This document shows positions 26,013-34,600 of a stretch of 46,976 nt of DNA, in pieces. Below the pieces are notes generated by a model. It was not told the DNA's origin and did no database searches. It worked only from the letters and a program-made list of their open reading frames with translations. Position 1 is the stretch's first letter, and every line of letters begins with the position of its first letter. A program made the translations under genes and the position numbers. The stretch comes from a virus (lineage: Duplodnaviria > Caudoviricetes), in the IMG/VR virus record IMGVR_UViG_3300048854_000023, positions 1 to 46,976 of that record; one strand, given 5' to 3'.

Positions 26013-26807
26013 ATGACGGACCTAAATTGGGATTTCTCACAAATCAACCCAGTGTTTGAAGGCGGCTCATTCTTGCCGGTTTCTGACGCTAAGGGTTGGC
26101 TTGTTGTCCTGACTGAAGATCACGGCTTTAAACAAGTCAACAACAAGCCGAACAATTGGTATCTTGAACTCGGCGGCAAGTGCCAGGAAGGCCCGGCAAT
26201 GGGTCAGGATTTCGTCTTGCGGTTCAACCTCAAGAACGACAATCCGAAAGCCGTAGCTGCCGCGTCTCAGGAGTTGGCGGCGCTAGGGCATGTTACAGGA
26301 TTGCCGGGACGCATCGGCAACGCCGCCGAACTGTTCAACCGGCCTTTCCGCGTCGTCTCGGAACAGCAAAAGGACGCTGAAGGCAAGCCGACTGCCTTCA
26401 CTCAGTTGGCGACGAACGGTATCCGCGACGTTAACGGCAACATGGCCGGCAAAGCTGGCGCCGGGCCGCAGACAGCGCAACCGGCTCCGCAAATCCCCCA
26501 GGGACAGCCCCAAGGCGGCACGCCATTCCAGCAAGGGCCAGCGGGCGGCGCTCCGTTCGCTCCTCCCCAGGGCGGCGCCGCTCCGTTCCAGCCCCAAGCC
26601 CAACCGCAGGGCGGCGGACAGCCCTTCCAGCCCCAGGCCGCGCCCTTCCAGCCGCAGGGACAGCCCCAGGGACAGCCGCAAGGCGCCCCGTTCGGCACGC
26701 CGGCTCCGTTCGGCGCTCCGCAGGGTCAGGGACAGCCCGCGCCGTTTGGCGCTCCTGCCGGTGGCGGCGGAGGCACGCCGTCTTGGGCGGCTCAGCCTGG
26801 GCGGTAA
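26013..26807 (+). CDS. Putative single-stranded DNA-binding protein (DUF669-like) with Pro/Gln/Gly-rich tail
   Basis: RFNLKN.NPKAV motif; follows the Sak4-like ATPase; low-complexity C-terminus ending PSWAAQPGR. Confidence 0.7.
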   Translation: MTDLNWDFSQINPVFEGGSFLPVSDAKGWLVVLTEDHGFKQVNNKPNNWYLELGGKCQEGPAMGQDFVLRFNLKNDNPKAVAAASQELAALGHVTGLPGRIGNAAELFNRPFRVVSEQQKDAEGKPTAFTQLATNGIRDVNGNMAGKAGAGPQTAQPAPQIPQGQPQGGTPFQQGPAGGAPFAPPQGGAAPFQPQAQPQGGGQPFQPQAAPFQPQGQPQGQPQGAPFGTPAPFGAPQGQGQPAPFGAPAGGGGGTPSWAAQPGR

Positions 26808-26810
26808 GGA

Positions 26811-26892
26811 ATTCGTGCCAGGGGGGTAAAGGAAACGCCGCTTGATGCCGCTACAAGTCGGCTAGGCTAACCCGAGCGCCTTGGACGAATAG
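26811..26892 (+). ncRNA. Candidate structured 3'-UTR RNA motif, copy 2
   Basis: ATTCGT/ACGAAT and CCAGGG/CCTTGG outer stem with an internal hairpin; shares its core with 10452-10515. Confidence 0.45.
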
Positions 26893-26927
26893 CGGGCTGA
26901 GTTTCCCCCCGGTACTCAGCCCGTTTT
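26892..26927 (+). terminator. Rho-independent terminator/attenuator
   Basis: GCGGGCTGAGT...ACTCAGCCCGT followed by TTT. Confidence 0.7.
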
Positions 26928-26943
26928 CAATAAAGGGATTACC

Positions 26944-27804
26944 ATGATCGATTTCCGCAATGACGAAGTTCGCAACCGCATTAGGTTCGGCGTCAAAGAG
27001 GATATCAACACTTACTGGCAAACCGCGCGCGGTTCTAGGCGCTTTTCAACGCGGTTGAGCCCGTCCAACCTAGGCGGCGAATGTGCGGCGGAAACATGGT
27101 TTGGGTTTCGTTGGGTAACGGCGCCTAAGCTTCCTGACGGTCGCATGGAACGCTACAATTCACGCGGCGAAGCGAACGAAGCGGACATAGTTGCATGGTT
27201 GCGTGCTACCGGCTGGACGGTCGAAGAGATTGACCCGGCGACGGGTAAACAGTGGGCAATCACTAATTTCAACGGTCATATGTACGGTAAATGTGACGGC
27301 ATCGCCTCGCATCCGGTTTATACTGAAGGCGTTCGAATTCTCTTGGAATTCAAGTATATCAATACGAAACGGTTCACGACTTTAACGACGAAGGCGCTAA
27401 TTGTCGAAGACTTGAAATATTATAATCAGGTTATGATTTACCTTCGCGAGCTTGGTTTACCGGCTTGTATGTTCGTGCCGGCTAATCGCAACGACGAAGA
27501 TTTAGACCCAATCATTTTGCCGTATGACGGCGCGCAACTCGACTTAGTTTACAAGAAAGCCGAGACGATCTTAACAACGAAAGTTCCCCCGGCGAAGATC
27601 GCGCAAAGCGCGGCGTTCTATAAGTGCAAGTTTTGTGATCATGTTGACGTTTGCCACAACGGAGCGGAGCCGGCGAAAAACTGTCGCTCTTGCGTCAACT
27701 GTATGCCCACATGGCAAGGCGAATTTTACTGCGAGAAATGGGGCGCGAATATTCCGAAAGATACGTTGCCGGTTGGCTGTCATGAATGGTTGCGCATTGT
27801 ATGA
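26944..27804 (+). CDS. Cas4-like PD-(D/E)XK exonuclease
   Basis: S.LG.EC, GKCDG, LEFK, QVMIY and CKFC..C Fe-S-type cysteines. Confidence 0.85.
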   Translation: MIDFRNDEVRNRIRFGVKEDINTYWQTARGSRRFSTRLSPSNLGGECAAETWFGFRWVTAPKLPDGRMERYNSRGEANEADIVAWLRATGWTVEEIDPATGKQWAITNFNGHMYGKCDGIASHPVYTEGVRILLEFKYINTKRFTTLTTKALIVEDLKYYNQVMIYLRELGLPACMFVPANRNDEDLDPIILPYDGAQLDLVYKKAETILTTKVPPAKIAQSAAFYKCKFCDHVDVCHNGAEPAKNCRSCVNCMPTWQGEFYCEKWGANIPKDTLPVGCHEWLRIV

Positions 27805-28478
27805 ACAGCAAACCTAAAGCTTTAGATTTGTTTTCTTGTGCAGGCGGCGCAAGTATGGGATTATTCCGCGCGGGATTTGATGTAACAGGTGTTGATATTG
27901 TTCCGCGTAATCGATATCCATTCAAATTCATTCAAGCTGACGCTTTGACTATTTCGCTTGATGGGTTTGATTTCGTTTGGGCTTCCCCTCCGTGTCAAGG
28001 ATATACGTCAATGCGTCACGCCCCAGGCACTAAGGGCGCTCCGCTATTGATCGATCAAGTTCGCGATAGAATGCCGGCGAATATACCTTGGGTAATTGAA
28101 AATGTTGAGGAAGCCGCTTGGGCGATGCGCAATCCCGTTATTCTATGCGGTTCAATGTTCAATTTAGGTGCGCAAGGTTGTCGGCTTCAACGTCATCGTT
28201 TATTTGAAAGTAATTTCCCCTTACCTGTTCCGCCTTGTAGTCATGACGCAACGCCAGTTATAGGCGTTTACGGCGGACATGCAAGAAAGCGAGCCGCTAC
28301 GGCGGGCGGAAGGGGAACAAAAGACGTGTGGGAAGGCGGACATAAAGCGGCGGCTTCTGAAGCTCTTGGAATTAATTGGATGACGTTGGCAGAAATGAGC
28401 GAGGCAATTCCACCGGCTTACGCTGAATACATAGGGTATCTTGCTATAAATTTTATAAACGAAAATAGATCACTATGA
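27801..28478 (+). CDS. DNA (cytosine-5) methyltransferase
   Basis: LDLFSCAGG (motif I), SPPCQ (IV), ENV (VI), RHRLF and EAIPPAY; ATG 27801 overlaps the upstream stop. Confidence 0.88.
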   Translation: MNSKPKALDLFSCAGGASMGLFRAGFDVTGVDIVPRNRYPFKFIQADALTISLDGFDFVWASPPCQGYTSMRHAPGTKGAPLLIDQVRDRMPANIPWVIENVEEAAWAMRNPVILCGSMFNLGAQGCRLQRHRLFESNFPLPVPPCSHDATPVIGVYGGHARKRAATAGGRGTKDVWEGGHKAAASEALGINWMTLAEMSEAIPPAYAEYIGYLAINFINENRSL

Positions 28479-30103
28479 ATTCGCTAATGCAATCGCAAGG
28501 TATTTACCAAGATCGTTGGTATCAACGCGGCGCCGTTGACGCGATTTGGGATTACTTTGCGGCGGGTCATAATGGCAACCCGGTTGTGGCGCTCCCAACG
28601 GCGGCGGGCAAAACTCACGTCATCGCTAACTTTATGAAGCGAGCGCTTTATTACTATCCGCAGACAACGTTTGCCGTCGTGACGGACAGCAAAGAGCTAA
28701 TTCAACAGAACGCCGACAAGTTTTCCAAGGCATGGCCGCACGCTCCGTATGGCGTCCATAGTGCCGGCCTGGGCGCTCGGGACTATGCGCAACCGATCAT
28801 CTTTGGCGGCGTGCAATCCATGGTGAAAAACCCAGGAATATTCGGGCGCCGGGATATCATGTTCATTGATGAATGTCACATGGTCGGACCTGGGGATGAA
28901 ACCAATTACCAATTGCTTATCCGCGAATGGCGCAAGATCAATCCATTTATGAAAGTCGTCGGATTGTCGGCGACAATCTTCCGAATGGGTCAGGGTTATA
29001 TTACGGATGATCATCCCGGCCAAATCTTCCACGATGTTGTTTATAACCTTTGCACGATTGACGGTTTTGCCCGACTGATCGCTGAAAAATATCTGTCGCC
29101 ACTTATTCCAAAACGAACTAATGTTGAGATTGATACTAGCCAGTTGTCGCTAGGAGCTAACGGCGATTTCAATCAAAAGCAGTTACAGGAAGCCGCGAAC
29201 CGCGAGCGGATCACTTACGCGGCGCTAAGTGAGGCGATCCCCTACGGACAGAATAGACGTTCCTGGTTAGTGTTCGCTTCCGGCGTTGAGCATTGCGAAA
29301 ACGTGTCCAACATGCTCAATCAATTCGGCATTAGCTCAACGTTTGTTCACTCGAAATTGAAAGACCCGAAAGAACGCGATAGGCGTATCCAGGCACACAA
29401 AGACGGGCAAGTACGGGCGCTTGTGGGTAACAACATTTTCACTAAGGGTTATGACCATCCGCCGCTAGATTTCATCATCGATCTTCAGCCCACAATGTCA
29501 GTACCGAAACACGTTCAGAAATACGGGCGTGGAATGCGCGTTTCTCCCGAGACGTACAAAGAGAATTGTCTCATTCTCGATTTTGGCGGGAATGTTCGGC
29601 GTTGCGGCCCGATCAATGACCCATATATTCCGCGTCGAAAGGGTCAAAGCGGCGGCGACGTGCCGATTAAGATTTGCGATCAATGCGGCGTCTATAATCA
29701 TATCTCGGCTCGCTTTTGTGACGGTTGCGGCGCTCCGTTCGAATTCGAAACCAAGATACTCCGCAAGGCGAATGAGGAAGAAATTCTTAAGTCGGATTTG
29801 CCGCAAATCGAGATTTACGACGTTGACAGTGTGTATTACTGGAAACATATTTCTAAGAAAACCGGGTTTGAAATGCTAGCCGCGACCTATTGGAGCGGGC
29901 TCGAACGAATTACGGAATGGGTTTCAGTACAAAACCCGAAAGCCAAACACTTTTATCATGAGTGGTGGCGTCAACGGCATCCGGTAGAGCCGCCCGAGAC
30001 AGTTGACGAAGCGCTAGAATATACGAAGCAATTCCGCACGCCTGTCCGCATTCACGTATGGACGAACAAAGACCCGAAACAGGTAACAAGGGTTGAATGG
30101 TAA
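28475..30103 (+). CDS. SF2 DNA helicase (RadD/YejH-like) with C-terminal zinc finger
   Basis: PTAAGKT, DECH, LSAT, QKYGRGMR and CxxC..CxxC motifs. Confidence 0.9.
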   Translation: MNSLMQSQGIYQDRWYQRGAVDAIWDYFAAGHNGNPVVALPTAAGKTHVIANFMKRALYYYPQTTFAVVTDSKELIQQNADKFSKAWPHAPYGVHSAGLGARDYAQPIIFGGVQSMVKNPGIFGRRDIMFIDECHMVGPGDETNYQLLIREWRKINPFMKVVGLSATIFRMGQGYITDDHPGQIFHDVVYNLCTIDGFARLIAEKYLSPLIPKRTNVEIDTSQLSLGANGDFNQKQLQEAANRERITYAALSEAIPYGQNRRSWLVFASGVEHCENVSNMLNQFGISSTFVHSKLKDPKERDRRIQAHKDGQVRALVGNNIFTKGYDHPPLDFIIDLQPTMSVPKHVQKYGRGMRVSPETYKENCLILDFGGNVRRCGPINDPYIPRRKGQSGGDVPIKICDQCGVYNHISARFCDGCGAPFEFETKILRKANEEEILKSDLPQIEIYDVDSVYYWKHISKKTGFEMLAATYWSGLERITEWVSVQNPKAKHFYHEWWRQRHPVEPPETVDEALEYTKQFRTPVRIHVWTNKDPKQVTRVEW

Positions 30104-30351
30104 TGTCTAGGGAAATTGGAACGCTGACAGGTGAAGAAAGAGACGCCACCATTAACGCTATCGCCGAAGAATTGGGCCGCGTCATGCGTCGTCATCTTGA
30201 CGAATGCACGAAGTGCTGCCCCAATTGCGAGCATTGGGTTAACGGTCCCTTAACCGCGCCGATTGAGGTTTGCGGTCTTGCCGATGCACGCCCGCCCGCA
30301 TCAATTATCGCTCACGGATGCGAAAAATATCAAGATAAAACCCCATTCTAG
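30103..30351 (+). CDS. Small Cys-rich hypothetical protein
   Basis: CPNCEHW, RPPA..I..GC; TAATG coupling. Confidence 0.7.
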   Translation: MSREIGTLTGEERDATINAIAEELGRVMRRHLDECTKCCPNCEHWVNGPLTAPIEVCGLADARPPASIIAHGCEKYQDKTPF

Positions 30352-30357
30352 AAAGGA

Positions 30358-31041
30358 ATGAAAATGGATATAATGTTGGACTTGGAGACTTTAGGAACGA
30401 AGCCGGGTTGCGCCGTGCTGTCAATTGGCGCGAAAGTCTTTGACCCGTATGGCGACAATTCCGTACCTAGTGCGGCTCCGCCGTCCACGTCATTTTATCG
30501 AAATATCGATCTCTTTTCTTCGCTCATGATCGGGCTGACAATTGATCTCGCGACCCTTGATTGGTGGCGGACAAAAGATAAAACAGCGCAAGATGCCTTC
30601 TTGTTAGGAGGCGTAAAGCCAAAAACAGCAATCCAACAATTCAACGATTGGATTGTTGCCTGCGGAAATCAGTATTCGCCGCTCGAAAAGTCGCTGACAG
30701 TGTGGGCAAAATCGCCGGGCTTTGATTGCCACGTTCTGGAATTCGTCGCTGATCTTGTCGGCTATCGCTTGGAATGGCACGACGACGAACGCAAGCAAGG
30801 TTTCCGCACTTTCCGCGATGTTCGCACGGCAATTGCGATGAGCGGAATTGACGAGAAATCAATTACCGCGAAGGGAACGGGCCGCACTCAACACAACGCC
30901 TTGGACGATTGCGAGGTACAGATTTTGCAAGTTCAGGCGGCTTACCGAATGCTGAAGCCGGTTCAACCCGTCGCCATGCCGGCGCCGCAAGCTGACGCAT
31001 TCGGCGCTCCGCTCCCCGCGCCATCATGGAAAAAGGATTAA
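30358..31041 (+). CDS. DEDDh 3'-5' exonuclease (DUF5051/RNase T-like)
   Basis: MLDLETLG, FD, RDVRT and HNALDD motifs. Confidence 0.88.
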   Translation: MKMDIMLDLETLGTKPGCAVLSIGAKVFDPYGDNSVPSAAPPSTSFYRNIDLFSSLMIGLTIDLATLDWWRTKDKTAQDAFLLGGVKPKTAIQQFNDWIVACGNQYSPLEKSLTVWAKSPGFDCHVLEFVADLVGYRLEWHDDERKQGFRTFRDVRTAIAMSGIDEKSITAKGTGRTQHNALDDCEVQILQVQAAYRMLKPVQPVAMPAPQADAFGAPLPAPSWKKD

Positions 31042-31046
31042 TCGAA

Positions 31047-32042
31047 ATGGCTAAGTCCCCCAAGCTGGAAATTGACGTACTTACCGCGCTGAAGTTCGTC
31101 GCCAAAGCTCAGCGCGAATATGGTACGCCGTCGCAAATGCATTGCCGGTCAATCAACGGGCAGTTGATCGGATTTGACGGCGTTTTAGCTTGCGGGATGA
31201 TCCTTACAACGCCGTTGCCGGAAACATGCCCGAATACGTTTCAGTTCATTCACGCCCTGGAAAGGGCGAAAGACGCGTCGGCAATCACTTTCGAGAATAC
31301 AACGATTACCGTCAAGACGAGCAAATTCAAGGCAACGGTTCCGTGTATCGCCGGCCATGATATGCAATTCATCTTCCCTGACGCATACGCCTATCCGCTG
31401 AACGACGCGTTTGTTAAGGCGCTCGGGCTCGCGGCGATCTTCACTAAGGAAGGCGCTCAGACAGTCGCGGGCGCCAGCGTCTTGACCCGTAACGGCTCCG
31501 TTATCGGAACCGACACAACCGCTTTGATTGAAGTCTATCACGGCACGCCAACACCTGAAGGGCTCATCATTCCGAAGTCGTTCGTTGACGCGGCGACGAA
31601 GACGCTTAAGAAAGTCGTCGGCTTCGGTTACACCGATGCCAGCTTTACAATCTGGTATGAGGATCAAAGCTGGATCAAGACGCAATTGTACGTTGAGCAA
31701 TGGCCGAACGTTTCCGGCTTGCTCGCATATACGGAAACCGCGAACAACGTCCGCGAGATCGACAAGGATTTTTGGGCCGCCGTTACCGCTGTCCAAGCTT
31801 TCAGCGAAGACGGACGCATTTTCTTCGATGACAAATTTATCTGTTCCCACAATGCGCAAAACGTCGGCGCCGAATATCGCGTCAAGGATTTGCCAAGCGA
31901 AAAGCAAGCGTACAATTATAAGAACTTGCTCAAGCTTCAGGAGATCGCAACGAAATTCGATTTCACGGCTAACGAGCGCATGGCCATTTTCTTCGGCGAG
32001 AATTTACGCGGTTGTCTTGCTAAAATGCACGTTCCCTCTTGA
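31047..32042 (+). CDS. DNA polymerase III beta-clamp-like processivity factor
   Basis: About 330 aa, IIPK and IKTQL...WPN motifs; located just upstream of the polymerase. Confidence 0.7.
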   Translation: MAKSPKLEIDVLTALKFVAKAQREYGTPSQMHCRSINGQLIGFDGVLACGMILTTPLPETCPNTFQFIHALERAKDASAITFENTTITVKTSKFKATVPCIAGHDMQFIFPDAYAYPLNDAFVKALGLAAIFTKEGAQTVAGASVLTRNGSVIGTDTTALIEVYHGTPTPEGLIIPKSFVDAATKTLKKVVGFGYTDASFTIWYEDQSWIKTQLYVEQWPNVSGLLAYTETANNVREIDKDFWAAVTAVQAFSEDGRIFFDDKFICSHNAQNVGAEYRVKDLPSEKQAYNYKNLLKLQEIATKFDFTANERMAIFFGENLRGCLAKMHVPS

Positions 32043-32067
32043 CGGCTTGAATTTCCGGTCTTATATT
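32039..32067 (+). promoter_or_regulatory. sigma70-like promoter (repeated module)
   Basis: TTGACG-N17-TATATT; near-identical to 21054-21082. Confidence 0.75.
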
Positions 32068-32098
32068 CCGGTTATCAAATCAACGGGAGTTTACGGAC

Positions 32099-32308
32099 AT
32101 GTTGAAGCTTTGGGAAGTTCGCCAGAATAATCGCCGCGTTGCCAGCTATTATGCGAAAAACGAAAAGGCGGCAATTCAGCGTCATAAAGACGATCAAATG
32201 TCACAAGCTTCCGCCTTTCGCAAATCGATGGCACTTCGCCCAAATGAATTCGACGGTTTAACCGCCGTCGAAATCGCTTCCGGTAATCAGACACAGAAGG
32301 GCTGGTAA
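32099..32308 (+). CDS. Hypothetical protein
   Basis: GGGAG RBS after a promoter. Confidence 0.65.
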   Translation: MLKLWEVRQNNRRVASYYAKNEKAAIQRHKDDQMSQASAFRKSMALRPNEFDGLTAVEIASGNQTQKGW

Positions 32309-32309
32309 T

Positions 32310-32504
32310 ATGCGCAAAGCTTCATACGTTAAGACGAAATTCGGCTATAAGTCGATGATTGTTCGTGATGACGGCTCAACGCTTAGCGCAACTAAGTGTT
32401 TCGATACGAAAGAAAAAGCGATTGCTTCGGCTCAGCTTTGGATTGAGAATATCGAAGCGAAGTCCGTTGAGTTCAACACGCCGCGTAAGCCTGTCAAAAT
32501 TTAA
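32310..32504 (+). CDS. Hypothetical protein
   Basis: TAATG coupling to the polymerase. Confidence 0.6.
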   Translation: MRKASYVKTKFGYKSMIVRDDGSTLSATKCFDTKEKAIASAQLWIENIEAKSVEFNTPRKPVKI

Positions 32505-34564
32505 TGTTCTGGAATGACGACGAATTGACACTAAAGCGCGGGGCGAGAATTCATCTTCCCCCGCCCATTCCCGCGTCTAATTGGCGTCCGCCAACGGAGC
32601 CGCCGAACCTTACCGGCGCGACCGTGATCAGCTTCGACACGGAAACCAAAGACCTAACCTTGAATTCTGAGGGACCGGGTTGGGCTCGCGGCAAGGCGCA
32701 TATCGTCGGCGTCAGCCTGGGCGTTAAGGACCGGCTAGGGAACCGGGGAGCGTGGTATTTCCCGCTCCGCCATGAAGTCCAGCCCGAGCTAAATCTAAAC
32801 CCCGCTCACGTCCTGCCATGGCTTGACAGCGTGCTATTTACGCCCGTTGAAAAGGTCGGCGCCAACCTCACATATGATATCGGTAATCTCGCGGCTGAAG
32901 GCGTGCGAGTTGCCGGCCCATTAAATGACGTTCAATTCGCTGAACCGCTCATTGCACAAGACGAGTTTGTTGCGCTCGAAATCCTGGGGCAAAAATACCT
33001 GAAGCGCGGAAAAGAAAGCGATCTCCTAAAAGAATGGTGCCGGCAAGCGTACCCGCATACGAAGGAAAGCAAATGGCGCGGCGACATTTACCGCGCTCCT
33101 GTCACGCTTACCGCTGATTACGCGATAGGTGACGCGGTTATGCCTATCGACATTTTCGAAAAGCAATGGCCGATTATTCTTGAGCAACAACAATACAACG
33201 TCTATCGCCTGGAATGCGATCTAATCCCGCTTATGATCGCTATGCGTTTCGCCGGCATTAGTGTTGACGTGAAGAAAGCGGAGCGCCTTATTTACGAGAT
33301 CGAAGGCGATACGAAACAGCTTTACGCTAAGCTCTATCATCAATACGGCTTTAATCTCCCGTCAACTAGCTCGGGCAATCTCGGCAAGCTGTTCGATCAT
33401 GTGGGTATCAAGTATCCTAGAACAGCGGCGGGCGCTCCGTCCGTAACGAAGGAATGGCTAGCCGCGCTGACTAATCCAGTTGGCGAATTAGTGAACGATA
33501 TCCGCGAACATGAAAAAATGGTTAGCACGTTCCTTAAGGGCTATATCATTGACAAGAATGTTAACGGTAAATTGCATCCGCAATTCCACCAATTGAAGGG
33601 TGATGATAACGGAACCGGCGTCGGGCGCTTCGCTAGTTCTGACCCGAATTTGCAGAACATTCCGGCGCGCTCGAAACTCGGAAAGAAAATCCGTACTTGT
33701 TTCATTCCTGACCCTGGGCATGTGTGTTGGCGGAAATTTGATCAATCTCAGGTCCATTACCGTATCTTGGCGCACTTCGCAGTTGGCGAAGGCGCCGAAG
33801 ATTTGCGCATGAAATATAACAACGATCCAAACATTGATTATCATAGGATCGTATATGATAACGTCGCACCTAAACGCGGTTGGTCGCTGACAGATGAGGA
33901 AGAAATAGAACAGCATCGGCGCGTTATCAAGAATATCAATTTCAGCGGAGTTTACGGCGTCGGCGAAGCGACAATTAAATACAAATATCTGATCGGTATG
34001 TCTGACGCCGAAGTCAAGCAATTTATGGAAGACTATTTCAAGCAAAATCCTTACATCAAACCCACAACCAAGGCGATTGCGGCTGAAGTTCAAATGTACG
34101 GTTATGTTACGTCGTTGCTCGGGCGCCGTATCCATTTTAACGAATGGGAGCCAGCCCGATATGACGTTATACAAAAGCTTAAGGAAGCTGGCGACTATTA
34201 CGGGCCGATGGCTTATTACGCCGCCCTGGAAGCCTATGGTCCGCCGCTCAAGCGGGCTTACGAGTATCGCGGCGTGAACTATAAGTTCCAATCAAGCGAG
34301 CCCGATATTATCAAGGCCGGATTGTTGGATTGCTGGAATTCCGGCGTCTTCTATGAAATCGGTGTTCCGCGCGTGACGGTTCACGACGAAAACGATTGGA
34401 GCGTTAAAGATAATTCCGCGCGTACCCGCGAGGGATTTGATTTCGTCCGTCATACGATGATTAATTGTCTCAAAAACCGGATCAATTTCCGCGTACCGCT
34501 GAAGGTTGATGAGGAAGCCGGCGACGACTGGGGAAGCGTCAAGAAAATCAAGCTTGCCACATAA
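32504..34564 (+). CDS. polA: DNA polymerase family A with 3'-5' exonuclease domain
   Basis: Exo motifs FDTET / NLTYD / YAIGDA; GRFASSDPNLQNIP; motif A DQSQVHYR; motif B KNINFSGVYG; motif C VHDE. Confidence 0.93.
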   Translation: MFWNDDELTLKRGARIHLPPPIPASNWRPPTEPPNLTGATVISFDTETKDLTLNSEGPGWARGKAHIVGVSLGVKDRLGNRGAWYFPLRHEVQPELNLNPAHVLPWLDSVLFTPVEKVGANLTYDIGNLAAEGVRVAGPLNDVQFAEPLIAQDEFVALEILGQKYLKRGKESDLLKEWCRQAYPHTKESKWRGDIYRAPVTLTADYAIGDAVMPIDIFEKQWPIILEQQQYNVYRLECDLIPLMIAMRFAGISVDVKKAERLIYEIEGDTKQLYAKLYHQYGFNLPSTSSGNLGKLFDHVGIKYPRTAAGAPSVTKEWLAALTNPVGELVNDIREHEKMVSTFLKGYIIDKNVNGKLHPQFHQLKGDDNGTGVGRFASSDPNLQNIPARSKLGKKIRTCFIPDPGHVCWRKFDQSQVHYRILAHFAVGEGAEDLRMKYNNDPNIDYHRIVYDNVAPKRGWSLTDEEEIEQHRRVIKNINFSGVYGVGEATIKYKYLIGMSDAEVKQFMEDYFKQNPYIKPTTKAIAAEVQMYGYVTSLLGRRIHFNEWEPARYDVIQKLKEAGDYYGPMAYYAALEAYGPPLKRAYEYRGVNYKFQSSEPDIIKAGLLDCWNSGVFYEIGVPRVTVHDENDWSVKDNSARTREGFDFVRHTMINCLKNRINFRVPLKVDEEAGDDWGSVKKIKLAT

Positions 34565-34600
34565 AAAGAAACCGCCCCAAAATTATGAGGCGGCTCTTTC
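34563..34600. terminator. Bidirectional terminator between converging operons
   Basis: AAAAAGAAACCGCCCC...GAGGCGGCTCTTT. Confidence 0.75.

Noticed and set aside
26811-26890. tRNA-like cloverleaf
   Set aside because: No TTCRA T-loop, no 7-nt anticodon loop geometry and no CCA; kept only as a structured motif
26944-27804. CRISPR-Cas system suggested by the Cas4-like gene
   Set aside because: No repeat-spacer array or other cas genes; solo Cas4-like exonucleases are common in phage recombination modules
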